The position numbers and the translations under genes are program-made. From positions 347,572,001 to 347,636,000 of the forward strand of contig OZ024742.1 of NCBI GenBank assembly GCA_964016885.1: 64,000 nt of DNA, written 5' to 3'. The stretch comes from Eledone cirrhosa. Its lineage: Eukaryota. Positions 14,340 through 27,462 of this stretch are shown in pieces (within the stretch, counting starts at the first letter, position 1; each line of letters opens with the position of its first letter). A model generated the notes under the pieces. It did no database searches, had not been told where the DNA came from, and worked only from the letters and a program-made list of their open reading frames with translations.

Positions 14340-14750
14340 ACAGTACTTCTAAAGAACTGACCTGCTAGAAATAGCAACTAAATCTCCCTTAATCTCACCT
14401 GCAGTCTTAATGAAAGAAGTAGACGTTTGTTATGTATACTTCGACATGGTGTTTTGAAGAAAGAGATGGTGGTTGTGACTGGAACATCTTTAATCATAGC
14501 TCAACCCGACTGAGGTTGATCTGAGAGCTCAACGACAAGAATAATCACAATACTAGCTGACGAGGCAGCCTCTTCGCAGTGGTACAACCTACTAGAAATG
14601 GCAGCCAAATATTCCGCTGAGACGAACTTTGCATATCAACCTTTCGAGGCCGATAAAATAAAGTATGAGTCAAGTACTGGAAACTGTTTAATCAAATTTC
14701 CCAACCACAACATTTGCTGGTCCCCTACATGAATTAGAAACCATTAGAAA
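14340..14750 (+). mobile_element. decayed SINE fragments
   Basis: CTAGAAATAGCAACTAAAT repeated motif and CCTTTCGAGGCCGATAAAATAAAGTA (Nin-like domain). Confidence 0.5.
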
Positions 14751-14942
14751 CCAATTATTATATCTTAGAAATGATTATTATTGTTAAATATAGGGGGTGT
14801 GAACAGAAGCCTAAGTAATAAATTATCTGGCTTTGAAGATCAACTACTAATTAAATATCACAGATCTATTGAAATTAGAGAGTCGTATAAAAGGTAAAGA
14901 CAATGATGATGATATAAAACACTTTAATGAATCAAGACTTAC

Positions 14943-15017
14943 GTTTTCGAGCTGGTAAATTAACCGATCTCTTATAAACTGTGACAGTAAACTAACATCT
15001 GGAAATCTTGACGCCAT
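14943..15017 (-). CDS. VPS33B: VPS33B-like coding exon 1
   Basis: aacATGG start, 75 nt MASRFPDVSLLSQFIRDRLIYQLEN, |gtaagt donor. Joins exon 2 in phase 0 and resembles VPS33B [20 protein letters not shown]. Confidence 0.85.
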
Positions 15018-15210
15018 GTTGACTGAAAAAATATACGGAAGTTATCTTCCTTGATAGCCTGACAATTTGCAAGTGTCGCACACATTTACATATACTGTGT
15101 GTACACATCCAGTATCAATACTATATAGACACATACATTTGGATAAATATACATACAAAACACCGCCCCTAATATGTATCTGTCTATTTGTTTATATATA
15201 TATAAAGAGA

Positions 15211-15281
15211 GAGATTCTGAAAAGAAGAGTGGCAGTGACTCCGAAGTTTCAGCTATTACTCATCCAGACTTCAGAATCCTC
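15211..15281 (-). ncRNA. non-canonical hammerhead-like motif
   Basis: CUGGAUGA..GAAA CUUCGGAG UC closed by a GAUUCUGAA/UUCAGAAUC helix; core has one extra nucleotide. Confidence 0.3.
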
Positions 15282-15959
15282 TCCGACTAAACACTGTCGC
15301 CTTTATTTTCTCACTACGTTTACTCTTAGTGTTGTAGTGCGCTATATTCAATTCTTCTTATACTCGACTTTACTCCCGGTTCACTTGTGCTCTATCGTTC
15401 ATGCTCACTAACATTACACATCTAGCCATTATCTACCCACTGGAAGACGAATGCCTCTGAAAGCTGGTGCTAAATATCCCTCTCTTGTGTCGCTCATATT
15501 CATGTAATGTCCATAAATCTATTGGAAAATTTGTCAATGGAGAAAAAGACAAATAAGAAAAAAGAATATGACATAAAATACATTAAGATGAGAAAATGAA
15601 AATAGGCAGGATGTATAGCAGATGTAGAAAATTACAACAGGATGGGATACGACAAAAACTCCACATAGTATACAATATTACAGAATTTGAATATATAATC
15701 TTGTTTATTCTATATCAGATAAATAAGAGATTTTCTTCTAAAATCATTTATTATTCACGGTTGTATAAATAACATTACAAATTGTTTATAATTTTTACAG
15801 AATACAAAGCATATAAATAAATATACAGTAGAATAACGTAACAAATATGTTTTAAATAAATAACATTATAAATTGCTCGCGATTCTGTCAGAAAGATATA
15901 TTCTTTTAATGTTACAATATTAAAGAAAATATAAAGGAAGGAGTGAATAACCGGGCCAC

Positions 15960-16275
15960 CACCAGAGCAAATGACAGCAACGTTGCGAGGAGTACTGGGC
16001 AACCTCTCTAATGATTTTGGGGGAGTCAGCACACTCACAGCGTTGCTTCGGGTGATGGCGAGGCTGATGCGCTGGAACAACCACGCGCCCTCGCGAGATC
16101 GCCTGTTACTTCTATTAGGCGAGCCGCCAGTGAAGAGAGGAACCTTGCAGTCAGCGGCCCGACTCCCCCAAACGTCTCGAAAAGCACAGACTGAAAAATG
16201 TAGCTGGCCGACATTTGTATTTGAGGGTCTTACTCCGCTCGGCTGCGGAAGCTGTGGCCCTCGTCCTAACCGTGA
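15960..16275 (-). mobile_element. CRE-like non-LTR retrotransposon relic (restriction-like endonuclease C-terminus)
   Basis: Frameshifted translation ASAAERSKTLKY / YIFQSVLFETFGGVGPLTARFLSSLAARLIEVTGD / REGAWLFQRISLAITRSNAVSVL. Confidence 0.75.
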
Positions 16276-16439
16276 AAATATAAACACGTATAATAAATAC
16301 AATTAATTATTGCTAGGAACCTCACAAATATAATATACAAAAATATATGATCAGAGCGACAGAGAGAGAAAAAAAACACCAATTCACCACCAAATGCGAC
16401 AATCGGTCACGCATCACAAGAGTGAACAGATATTTTTGA

Positions 16440-16550
16440 GGCAAGCCAACATGCTGGTAGCATTACTATGGGTGATGGCGTGGCTAAGACGCTGAAACAA
16501 CCAAGTACCCTCACGGGCATCACCTAGAACTTCGCTGTCAGCGGCCCAGC
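16440..16550 (-). mobile_element. second, shorter CRE-like relic
   Basis: VLGDAREGTWLFQRLSHAITHSNATSMLAC. Confidence 0.65.
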
Positions 16551-16810
16551 TCAGATAAATTCCATTTCATAATGTGAACTATTAAAAATGATAGATTTTT
16601 GTTGTTGTTTTATTTTGTAACTATATGATGTGTTTGTTTTGTCTAGTAGTGGCACCTGGGTATTTAACAGCCTAGGCTAACTCCCGTTCAAGGTACATCC
16701 CATTCTCCCAAATAAAATAATTTCAGCTTCCAATGTAGTAAGCTGACGAACCTTGTTTTTGACACATCTTGCCATAACCACACTAGAGTCTACACTTACT
16801 TATGTTACAA

Positions 16811-17140
16811 GTTATAACACCATACGCCCCACCATATTACTTTGGAACATGTTATAACACCATACGACCCACCACATTACTTTGGAACATGTTATAACAC
16901 CATACGCCCCACCATATTACTTTGGAACATGTTATAACACCATACGACCCACCACATTACTTTGGAACATGTTATAACACCATACGACCCACCACATTAC
17001 TTTGGAACATGTTATAACACCTTACGACCCTCTCTATTACTTTGGAACATGTTATAACACCTTACGACCCTCTCTATTACTTTGGAACATGTTATAACAC
17101 CATACGACCTACCATATTACTTTGGAACAGGTTATAACAC
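16811..17140. repeat. 40-bp minisatellite (~8 units; resumes at 19198-19260)
   Basis: Unit GTTATAACACCATACGACCCACCACATTACTTTGGAACAT. Confidence 0.95.
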
Positions 17141-19197
17141 TGTAGCGGTTGTCTCCCTTGTTTGGATTAACATCTAGACGGGAAGTAGAACCCTTTCTGC
17201 AACTTCCGGTCAGAACCCTATAAAACTAACAACTTTAGGTTCTCACTCTCTCATTTGGCTCTGCCTCTCATTTGGCCTTCCGGCGCCTGGCTGGCCTTAG
17301 CCAGGCGTCCTCTGCCAGCCGCGTTTGCCTGGCAATCAAAACGGTAACGACTAACTTTGTTTCATTCTATCATCTATTTCTTTGACATTTCAACTATACT
17401 ATCTACCATTGTTAATTAAATATTATACACACAAACAATGTATTCGTTTTGTTACATTCATACAACCAAGTATCATCGCTATATTGGTAAGCCTGACGTG
17501 ATACGAACACGCAGCCGTTCATCGCTATAAGTGGTCACCCCGAAAAAAGAAAATGATAGCATATTCTGGAGTTGTGTGGGTAACATTACGAATACACAGC
17601 AAATTTATCGACAAACTATGAAAATACTCAAAGAAACGGACACACGCACATGTGGAATTCGCGTTCAGACAGACTTTTTCTCTCACGCATCAACTAACTG
17701 TCGCATTTCACGATATATATTCTCGTTTCTTACAACGAACACTTTCAAAACAAAAAAAATAAAAAACATTTCACAATATATATATATGTTTCTCGTTTCT
17801 TACAACGAACAATTTCAAAACAAAAAAAAAAAGAAATTTGATATTCTTTAAAAAACATTTCAACAGGACCATTTATTTTCGATGAACCATTGCCTTTTTT
17901 TTCATCGTTTTCTTCATCGTTCAAGTTTTTTTTCCAAAGTTCACACCAATAATTATGCTGAGTGAAGCCTTTCTTTTTCATCATTGTCACTTTCACACTT
18001 GCACTATCATTTTCTCGCGCGTTAGAAATATTATTTTTTCAACCTTGTATTGGCACGTGTAGGCAGCACAAATTCTCGACTCACAGAGATAACGTTTCTC
18101 GCCAAGGATTCTTCAGCCTTAAGCTATATTCTCCTATTTGCCGGTTTAAAAATTTACTACGTAAATTTGCCGTTGAAAACTGCGCATTTATTCAGAATGC
18201 TTATTTTTTTGGTCGCTGGCCTCTTGACCCTTCCAGGTCAACGCATTCTCAACATCGACCATCAACTTCGGCTGCTATTTCTAGCACTTTGCGCAACTCA
18301 TTTTTTCTGAAAAAAATTTTTTTTACTGTGAATTTAAACACCGAATACGCTCACTCAGCGAGGCAACAGCAGCAACAGCAACAGCAATACAGCAGCAACA
18401 GCAATACAGCAGCAGCAACACCAACAGCAACAGCAATATAACAGCAACAGCAATACAGCAGCAACAACAATACAGCAGCAGCAGCAACAGCAACAGCAAT
18501 ACATCAACACAGCTTCACCAACAACCAAAGCCAGAGAATTTATTTTTGCAGCACTCTTCCTCTGAGAAAATCCATTCGGAAATTGGAAATTTCACGATAT
18601 ACCACAGAACAGAGACCACCTGCATTCATTCTCTGGAACACACTTTCTTTCCTGCTGTCATGTGATTGCACACCTGTGAACTATATTTTGTACATTTGAA
18701 CTTTGAGCCCTTCTCTTACTTTACGACCTTGATATCTATCATTGATTTTTGCAAACATTCTTTTGTCATAATTTTCACGCCTGTTACAACATTCTCGCCA
18801 ACTTGCTACATATTTTCATTTCGATTTTTATATCCTAAAATTCTGGCGGGAGGTTATGTAGCGGTTGTCTCCCTTGTTTGGATTAACATCTAGACGGGAA
18901 GTAGAACCCTTTCTGCAACTTCCGGTCAGAACCCTATAAAACTAACAACTTTAGGTTCTCACTCTCTCATTTGGCTCTGCCTCTCATTTGGCCTTCCGGC
19001 GCCTGGCTGGCCTTAGCCAGGCGTCCTCTGCCAGCCGCGTTTGCCTGGCAATCAAAACGGTAACGACTAACTTTGTTTCATTCTATCATCTATTTCTTTG
19101 ACATTTCAACTATACTATCTACCATTGTTAATTAAATATTATACACACAAACAATGTATTCCTTGTTACATTCATGCAACCCAGTACTCTCGCTATA
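17141..19197 (+). mobile_element. non-autonomous LTR retrotransposon (TRIM/LARD-like), element C
   Basis: LTRs 17141-17483 and 18857-19197 (TGTAGCG...CGCTATA), 4-bp TSD ACAC, PBS TGGTAAGCCTGACGTGAT (tRNA-Trp-like), purine tract GGCGGGAGG; no gag/pol. Confidence 0.93.
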
Positions 19198-19399
19198 ACA
19201 CCATACGACCCACCACATTACTTTGGAACAGGTTATAACACCTTACGACCCTTTCCATTGTTTGGGATATTTTCATAAAGTTGCTCTGCAGCAAAGATGT
19301 TTAATGATATATTTATTGATCACAGGAAATTATTATATATTTAATTATATAAATTTGTATAAAACTGCTCCTTTAAGGTTTAGTAATGTGCCTCAATGA

Positions 19400-19535
19400 G
19401 GGCTGAGTCCTAGATGGTAAGGATGAAAGGTAAAGGTAACCTTGGCAGGATTTGAAATCAGAACTTAAAGGGCCGTAACTCTATGCTGCAAAGCATCTTG
19501 TCCGACGCTCTACTGATTACTGCCAATCTGATACT
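19400..19535 (-). mobile_element. tRNA-derived Nin-like SINE fragment
   Basis: Reverse complement resembles the SINE at 40345-40530. Confidence 0.65.
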
Positions 19536-19687
19536 ACATGGAGTTGTATATGACCCTCTTACAATTCTACTAACCCACCTCCCTAGACAGGTGTGTGTGT
19601 GTGTGTGTGTGACAGCTCACACCTATGCAGGTTTAGCTGGCCTCCTCCAAGGTATATCTCGTTGGAGGTGTCTTGGGTGATTTAATG

Positions 19688-19845
19688 ATAGGGACCCCAG
19701 TCCTATCATCTCATTTCTACAGCTGAGTAAACTGGAGCAACGTGAAATAAAGTGTCTTGCTCAAGGAAACAACACATCACCCAGTCCAAGAATTGAACTC
19801 ACAACCTTTCGATTGCAAGCCCAATGCTCTAACCACTAAGCCTTC
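19688..19845 (-). mobile_element. CORE-like SINE, 5' part
   Basis: Reverse complement resembles 13430-13570 and 21172-21340. Confidence 0.75.
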
Positions 19846-20687
19846 ACTCATTGGTCTTGAATAATCGTCGTCGACCCCCACCCTATCCCCTCATATCAAT
19901 TTTTCAGACCCCCCCCCTTGCTCTTATTCCACCCCACTCCCCCGCTTATAAAATTTTGTTAATCTATCCCCAGCATAATTTTATTTTAAGTTGTAGCATT
20001 CCAACGACAATTAATTGTACTTAGACATTAAAAAACATTATATGACAAAAAAAAAGTACATTACCAGAAATCTTTTTTAAAATATATAAAATCGGTTAAG
20101 GTTTCAATATGTAAACTAAACGACTAATTCTGGTTTTTCAAAAAATCAACTTAGAAAAATTGTCAATTTTTTCCACCCCCACCCCACCACTTATTCCACC
20201 CTTCCCCTATTATTAGGGACCCGAGAGTATTTATTTTATCAACTCCGAAATGATAACAGCTGATATCAGCAGGATTTGAACTCAGAATGCAGAGAGTTGG
20301 AACAAACACCACATGTCATTTTGTCATATGTTTTATTCACAACTGCCCAGCTTCAGTATCTCTAGGTCAATAATATCCACAGGAAAAACTCGAAATACGA
20401 CCTGTTGAGGGTCTGCTGAGATTTAGAAGACAAAATGAAAGGATTTAATACAAAATAAACACAACCCTATTTACTGTTTATTGGGATGAAAATGGTCATC
20501 GGCAAGAACGAGACGAAACACGCTCCCACCACCTACCCACACCTTCGATATAGACTTGCTCTTTCAGCCAGGTTTTGTGGTACCACACATACACATATAC
20601 ATACACAACGTATATATATATATATATATATATATAATAAAAAAGAAAACTTTTTTCACTCTACATGGCTGAATACAATAAATGTAA

Positions 20688-21171
20688 TCTGAGTTTTTCG
20701 AATATTAATCATAACATTCGATTCGTTTGCAATTATGTAAACAAGCCTCAATTTTATAGCCATGTCAATAGAATGAACCCTTCATTCTTTCTCTTGTGTT
20801 GGCATGTGAACAAAACTGCAGACACTAATGTTTCTGAGTATCACTCTTCATCAGCTCACTGTTCACCTGTCAAACTGTCAGAGCTAGTGAAAATATATGC
20901 TATTTTCAAAAATACACAGTGACTGATCGTCCTGATTTGCATATTAGCAGACTAGTTGATCAGTCAGATCTGCATATTAGCAGATCGACTGATCAGGCAG
21001 ATTTGCATATCAGCAGACTGGCCAGTCAGTTCCCTGTATACAAGCGATAAATGGCCGGCTTTGACAACACAAGAGCAAGAATGAAGGGTTCATTCTACTG
21101 ACATGGCTATAAAATTGAGACTTGTTTGCATAATTGCAAACGAATCGAATGTTATTAATATTCAAAAACTT
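20688..21171. mobile_element. palindromic element with ~115-bp inverted arms
   Basis: Arms about 20688-20805 and 21060-21171; spacer holds three ~33-bp repeats. Confidence 0.75.
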
Positions 21172-21606
21172 AGCATGGCTTAGTGGTTTTGCAATCGATT
21201 GCATTGGGATTGCAATCGAAAGGTTGTGAGTTCAATTCTCGGACCGGGTGATGTGTTGTTTCCTTGAGCAAGACACTTTATTTCACATTGCTCCAGTTTA
21301 CTCAGCTGTAGAAATGAAATGATGGGACTGGAGTCCCTATAATTCCACTGCAAAGTGGTCGTGGAGGTGCAACAGCAAAAAGCACCCAGCCCACACTGTA
21401 AAAGTGTACGTGTTGGCGCCACGGAAAAAAAAGCACCCAGCACTCACTGTAAATGAGGTTGGTGTTAGAAAGGGCATCCAGCTGTAGAAATCAAGCCAGA
21501 ATCAGTTCCCATATGTGCAAGACAAGGTCAGCCAACAGGACAACCCGTCTAACCCATGCTAGCATGAAAGAACGGATGTAAAACGGTGATGATGATGATG
21601 ATGATA
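21172..21606 (+). mobile_element. CORE-like SINE head joined to an RTE-type 3' tail
   Basis: tRNA-like head, CORE-like block, AAAAAGCACCCAG units and a (GAT)n end matching 58300-58575. Confidence 0.75.
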
Positions 21607-21735
21607 TATATATATATTATGGAATACTGTTGGCTTCTTGCTACAATAATTTCTATACTTTTCATTTATATATATATATATAAACGGAAAAAATGAAACG
21701 AAATTTTATTTCTCACTCTTAGTACGGCTGTTACT

Positions 21736-22123
21736 TAAATATAAGTATGTATACGTACATACATATATGTATACAGACGTACAGTAGTGTATATATATAT
21801 ATATATATATATACATACATGCACACATATATATGTACGTATGGATTCACCGAACATTTATTATAATGCTCGGTGTGTTTGTAAACAAACATCCCGAATT
21901 AAGCCATACAACCATCGTTGCTCATTTGTTCAACACTGACAAAGGAACGCTGTACGGCTTAATTCGGGATGTTTGTTTACAAACACACCGAGCATTATAA
22001 TAAATGTTCGGTGAATCCATACGTACATATATATATGTGTGCATGTATGTATATATATATATATACATACTACTGTACGTCTGTATACATATATGTATGT
22101 ACGTATACATACTTATATATTTA
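21736..22123. repeat. near-perfect palindrome, ~175-bp arms, ~40-bp loop
   Basis: 21736-21910 is the reverse complement of 21950-22123. Confidence 0.9.
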
Positions 22124-22670
22124 ATATGTTGGGATACAACAAGCTTAACAAATTTTATAACTGATATAAAGCACTCAACAGATTAGTGGAGTAAATACAC
22201 AATATATTAATAAATGGAAACTATATTTATAAAACCATATTTATTTTATTATACATATTTCAAGGGCCACCAAGGCAAATTATGGTGCGCTTTTATCAGA
22301 GAAGCTCCAACCGTTAAGGTTGTTTTTTTTTTCGGGTATGTCAATATTTATTTATAAAACAAATCTGTATTTTATATGATGAAAGCGCACCATAATTTGC
22401 CTTGGTTGCCCTTGAAATATATATAATAAAATAAATATGGTTTTATAAATATAGTTTGCATTTATTAATATATTGTATATATATATAATTTTTAAGCTTG
22501 TTGAATCCCAACAAATTAAATATAACCTCTGCATATATATATATATTCAATGATATTAAATAAATGGAAACTATATTTATAAAACCATATTTATTCTATT
22601 ATATATATTACAAGGGTACCAAAACTTTGGTATGATCTCATCAGATAAAATACAAAGTTTGTTTTATAAA
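22120..22670. mobile_element. ORF-less Penelope pLTR derivative: inverted pair plus a third partial copy, each with a decayed hammerhead
   Basis: Homologous to pLTR/tail 28252-28470; hammerhead cores CUGAUAA, AUGAUGA and CUGAUGA...GUAA. Confidence 0.75.
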
Positions 22671-23533
22671 TACTAGCAGTAAAGCCCGGCGTTGCTCGGG
22701 GTCGCTCAGTAGCTGTGTTAAAGTTACAATGTTAAGTTTCTTTCTTGGCTTAAAAACTGTAGTGTCTACTGTGCAGACTTGCATGTGGTGTTTTTGATTA
22801 ATATTCCCTCAACCAACAATATGCCTTATGAAGTTAAGAAAACATAACGATAACCCGAATGTTATAACAAAAAGGATGCTGGGGATAGAAACTGCACTGG
22901 TTATTTATTAACAAAGATCGAAAATGTAAACACTGCAACGCAGAGAAAAACATTAGCGTAACCAAATTATCAGTTATGTCTTTCTGCACGCCTATATCAC
23001 CTGTCTGCACGCCTATATCACTCTCTGCACGACTGTCTGTCTGCACGCCTATATCACCTCTCTGCACGACTGTCTGTCTGCACGACTGTCTGTCTGCACG
23101 CCTAACGACGAAATATTTGCTTGTTTTACGTAGTCTTTAAATAGACTTGTTTTCAAGTAAAAATATTGTTTTAAAATGCTTTTAAATGGAAATGAAGCAA
23201 AACGGAAGCTTAGTGTTCGAACTGATGAATTTTGCAGGTCAATATTTTGCTGGCTCGACAACTGTTAAAGCCAGCGTAATTTTTTACGTAAGACGCTCAA
23301 TGTAAACAGAACAAAGGGAAATAACTGATAACTTACGCTCAAAAATCGATACATTATATTCGATTTCGTCACATAGGGTGGGTCAATTTGAAATTTTTTT
23401 TTTCCGATGTCTTCGCTAGGGCTCAATGTACAAGTATAGCAATTTCGGTGCAATTCCGTGAGAGATTCTAAGAGGAGATGTGTGCCGAAAATCGATAGAC
23501 AGGCAGACAACCACAGTTTTATATATATAGATT
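22671..23533 (+). mobile_element. Helentron/HINE-like non-autonomous element with internal tandem repeats
   Basis: Starts TACTAGCAGTAAAGCCCGGCGTTGCTCGGG, ends GACAGGCAGAC..TTTTATATATATAGAT; CTGCACG repeats at 22980-23105. Confidence 0.6.
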
Positions 23534-23954
23534 GACATAACCAAGAAAAATACCTTAACGGTTCAAGTTTTTCCTGGGTAGGAAGAAAAGTCAGATATTT
23601 CAAATTATTAAGATGAGTGTGCAAATGAGGTTGAGGTATAAGGCTGAAAAAAAGTTATTTTTAGACACTATGCAGAATTTAAATAATTAGGATATATGTA
23701 TGTATGTATAGCAAGAAGAAAAAAAGAAAGAAGAGCTTGTATTTATGTTAATTTAAAAAGAATTAACAATTTGCAGGAATGGTGGAATATGATTCCACAA
23801 TTTAAAATTTATTTAGCTATATTATGAGTTATAATATTGTATATATAATCAATTAGATTATATCAAGAATTATGGTTGTAAGTAGATTTTATCTTATTAC
23901 ATTACAACAGGTTGTAAGTATATAAATATCTATATAGATATATCTATATAGATA

Positions 23955-24730
23955 TGTTATTACTACTGCTGTTGTTGCTATTGTTACTACTGCTGCTGTG
24001 TTACTACTGCTGCTGTTGTTGCTATTGTTACTACTGCTGCTGTTGTTACTACTGCTGCTGTTGTTACTACTGCTGCTGTTGTTACTACTGCTGCTGTTGT
24101 TTCTACTACTGCTGTTGTTGCTATTGTTACTACTGCTGTTGTTGCTATTGTTACTACTGCTGCTGTTGTTACTACTGCTGCTGTTGTTACTGCTGCTGCT
24201 GTTGTTGCTACTACTGCTGTTGTTGCTACTACTGCTGCTGTTGTTGCTATTGTTACTACTGCTGTTGTTGTTACTACTGCTGTTGATACTACTGCTGCTG
24301 TTGTTGCTACTACTGCTGCTGTTGCTACTACTGCTGCTGTTGTTGTTACTACTGCTGTTGTTACTACTGCTGTTGTTGTTACTACTGCTGTTGTTGTTAC
24401 TGCTGTTGTTGTTGTTGTGGTGGTGGTGGTGGTGATAGTGATGATGGTGGTGGTGGTGGTGGTGGTCATGGTAATGATGATGGTGATGGTAGCAGTGGTG
24501 GCGATGGTGATGGTCGTGGTAGATAGTGGTGGTAGTGGTAGCAGTGGTCACTATGGTGATGATGGTGATGGTGGAAGTGGTGGTAGGGCAGAGGTGGTGG
24601 TGGTGTTGGTGGTATTGTTGTTGCTGGGGGTGGTAGTGGGGAGTTGTGGTAGAGGTGGTGGCGAGGTGGTACAGGTGGGGGGTTTAGAGTTGTTGGTGGG
24701 TGGTTAGGTGTTGGTGATGGGGGATTAGAG
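23955..24730. repeat. compound trinucleotide microsatellite (TAC/TGC/TGT/GGT)
   Basis: Direct inspection. Confidence 0.95.
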
Positions 24731-24831
24731 GTGTTGGTGATGGACAATGTAGATATGTTTATATTTCTCATTATCATGACACTAATTTTGTGTTGTGTCC
24801 ATGACCAAGATACTTAGTTTCCAAATAGCTG

Positions 24832-25255
24832 GCTGATTGGTTGGTTGATTGGTTGATTGGTTGGTTGATTGGTTGATTGGTTGGTTGATTGGTTTGTTGG
24901 TTGATTGGTTGATTGGTTTGTTGGTTGGTTGATTGGTTGGTTGGTTGGTTGGTTGGTTGGTTGGTTGGTTGGTTGGTTGGTTGGTTGGTTGGTTGGTTGG
25001 TTGATAGGTCGGTTGGTTGGTCCGTTGATTGGTTGATTGGTTGGTTAGTTGGTTGGTCGGTTGATTGGTTGGTTGGTTGGTTGGTTGGTTGGTTGGTTGG
25101 TTGGTTGGTTGGTTGGTTGGTTGGTTGGTTGGTTGGTTGGTTGGTTGGTTAATTGGTTGGTTAGTTGGTTGATTGGTTGGTTGGTTGGTTGGTTGGTTGG
25201 TTGGTTGGTTGGTTGGTTGATTGATTGATTGGTTGGTTGATTGGTTGGTTGGTTA
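24832..25255. repeat. (TTGG)n microsatellite
   Basis: Direct inspection. Confidence 0.95.
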
Positions 25256-25439
25256 TGGGGTTAGTTGGTTGTTTTTTTTGTGTGTTGGCTTGTTAGTTCC
25301 ATCTAAATTCATTCACAAGGCATTAGGAATATGTATCTCATGTAGTAATGTTTCTAACAAGGTTCCAAGACAACTTGAAAAGTGCATCACATTATCAACC
25401 GATGTAAAGTTAACATACACCACATACCAGCCCCTGCAT

Positions 25440-25785
25440 GAAGAATAATAACTACTAATACCTTCACCACCACCCTTGCCTGGAGAATAATAACTACTAA
25501 TACCCTCACCCCCACCACCACCAGTATTACCACACCACCACCACCACACTACCACTACCACCGCAACCACCATCACCACCACCACCATACCACCAACACA
25601 CCACTACACCACCACCACAACACCACCACCACCACCACCACCACACCACCAACAACCACCAACAACCACCAACACCACAAACCACCACCACCATCACACC
25701 ACCGCCACACCACCATCACCCCAGCCCCACATCTCCCTCTCTCACCAACCACCCCCACCACATCTCCCTCACCACCACCACCACC
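25440..25785. repeat. (CAC)n-rich low-complexity tract
   Basis: Direct inspection. Confidence 0.9.
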
Positions 25786-25936
25786 ATGAGGTGTGGTACA
25801 CCTGCCAATGTTTTCTCATGGAACTATGTGGTAGCTATATTCACTTCTCCTGACACCCACTTTCACCTCTTCTATTCTCTGTATCACAATGTCTGTGTTT
25901 ATATATATATAGGTGTGTGTGTGTGTATGAATGTGT

Positions 25937-25997
<61 letters not shown>

Positions 25998-26031
25998 TAT
26001 ATATATATATATATTGTATATATATATATTT

Positions 26032-27364
<1,333 letters not shown>

Positions 27365-27462
27365 AAGTAATTCCATCGGAAAAGTCCAGGAAAAAAGAGT
27401 GCTCTATGTATGCAACAGAGCTTAATTATTATTATTATGTAATAAACAACATAAGGCAATTA

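Noticed and set aside
16811-17140. CRISPR-like periodicity here and at 34469-35470 and 51211-51957
   Set aside because: Units are contiguous with no unique spacers, there are no cas genes, and the context is eukaryotic.
17531-18893. ORFs inside LTR elements (also 38106-39829 and 41535-43067)
   Set aside because: Short, with no gag/pol motifs.
19850-20229. Possible DNA-transposon MITE ending TATTAGGGACCCGAGAGTA
   Set aside because: No matching left TIR could be established.
20335-20425. Possible minus-strand terminal exon DPQQVVFRVFPVDIIDLEILKLGSCE*
   Set aside because: An acceptor-like site is present, but I do not recognise the peptide and see no partner exons.
25295-25405. Unique island between microsatellites, possible exon
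   Set aside because: No convincing splice pair or recognisable peptide.
23889-25761. Poly-S/N, T/A, L, C and WLVG ORFs
   Set aside because: Microsatellite translations with no domain evidence.
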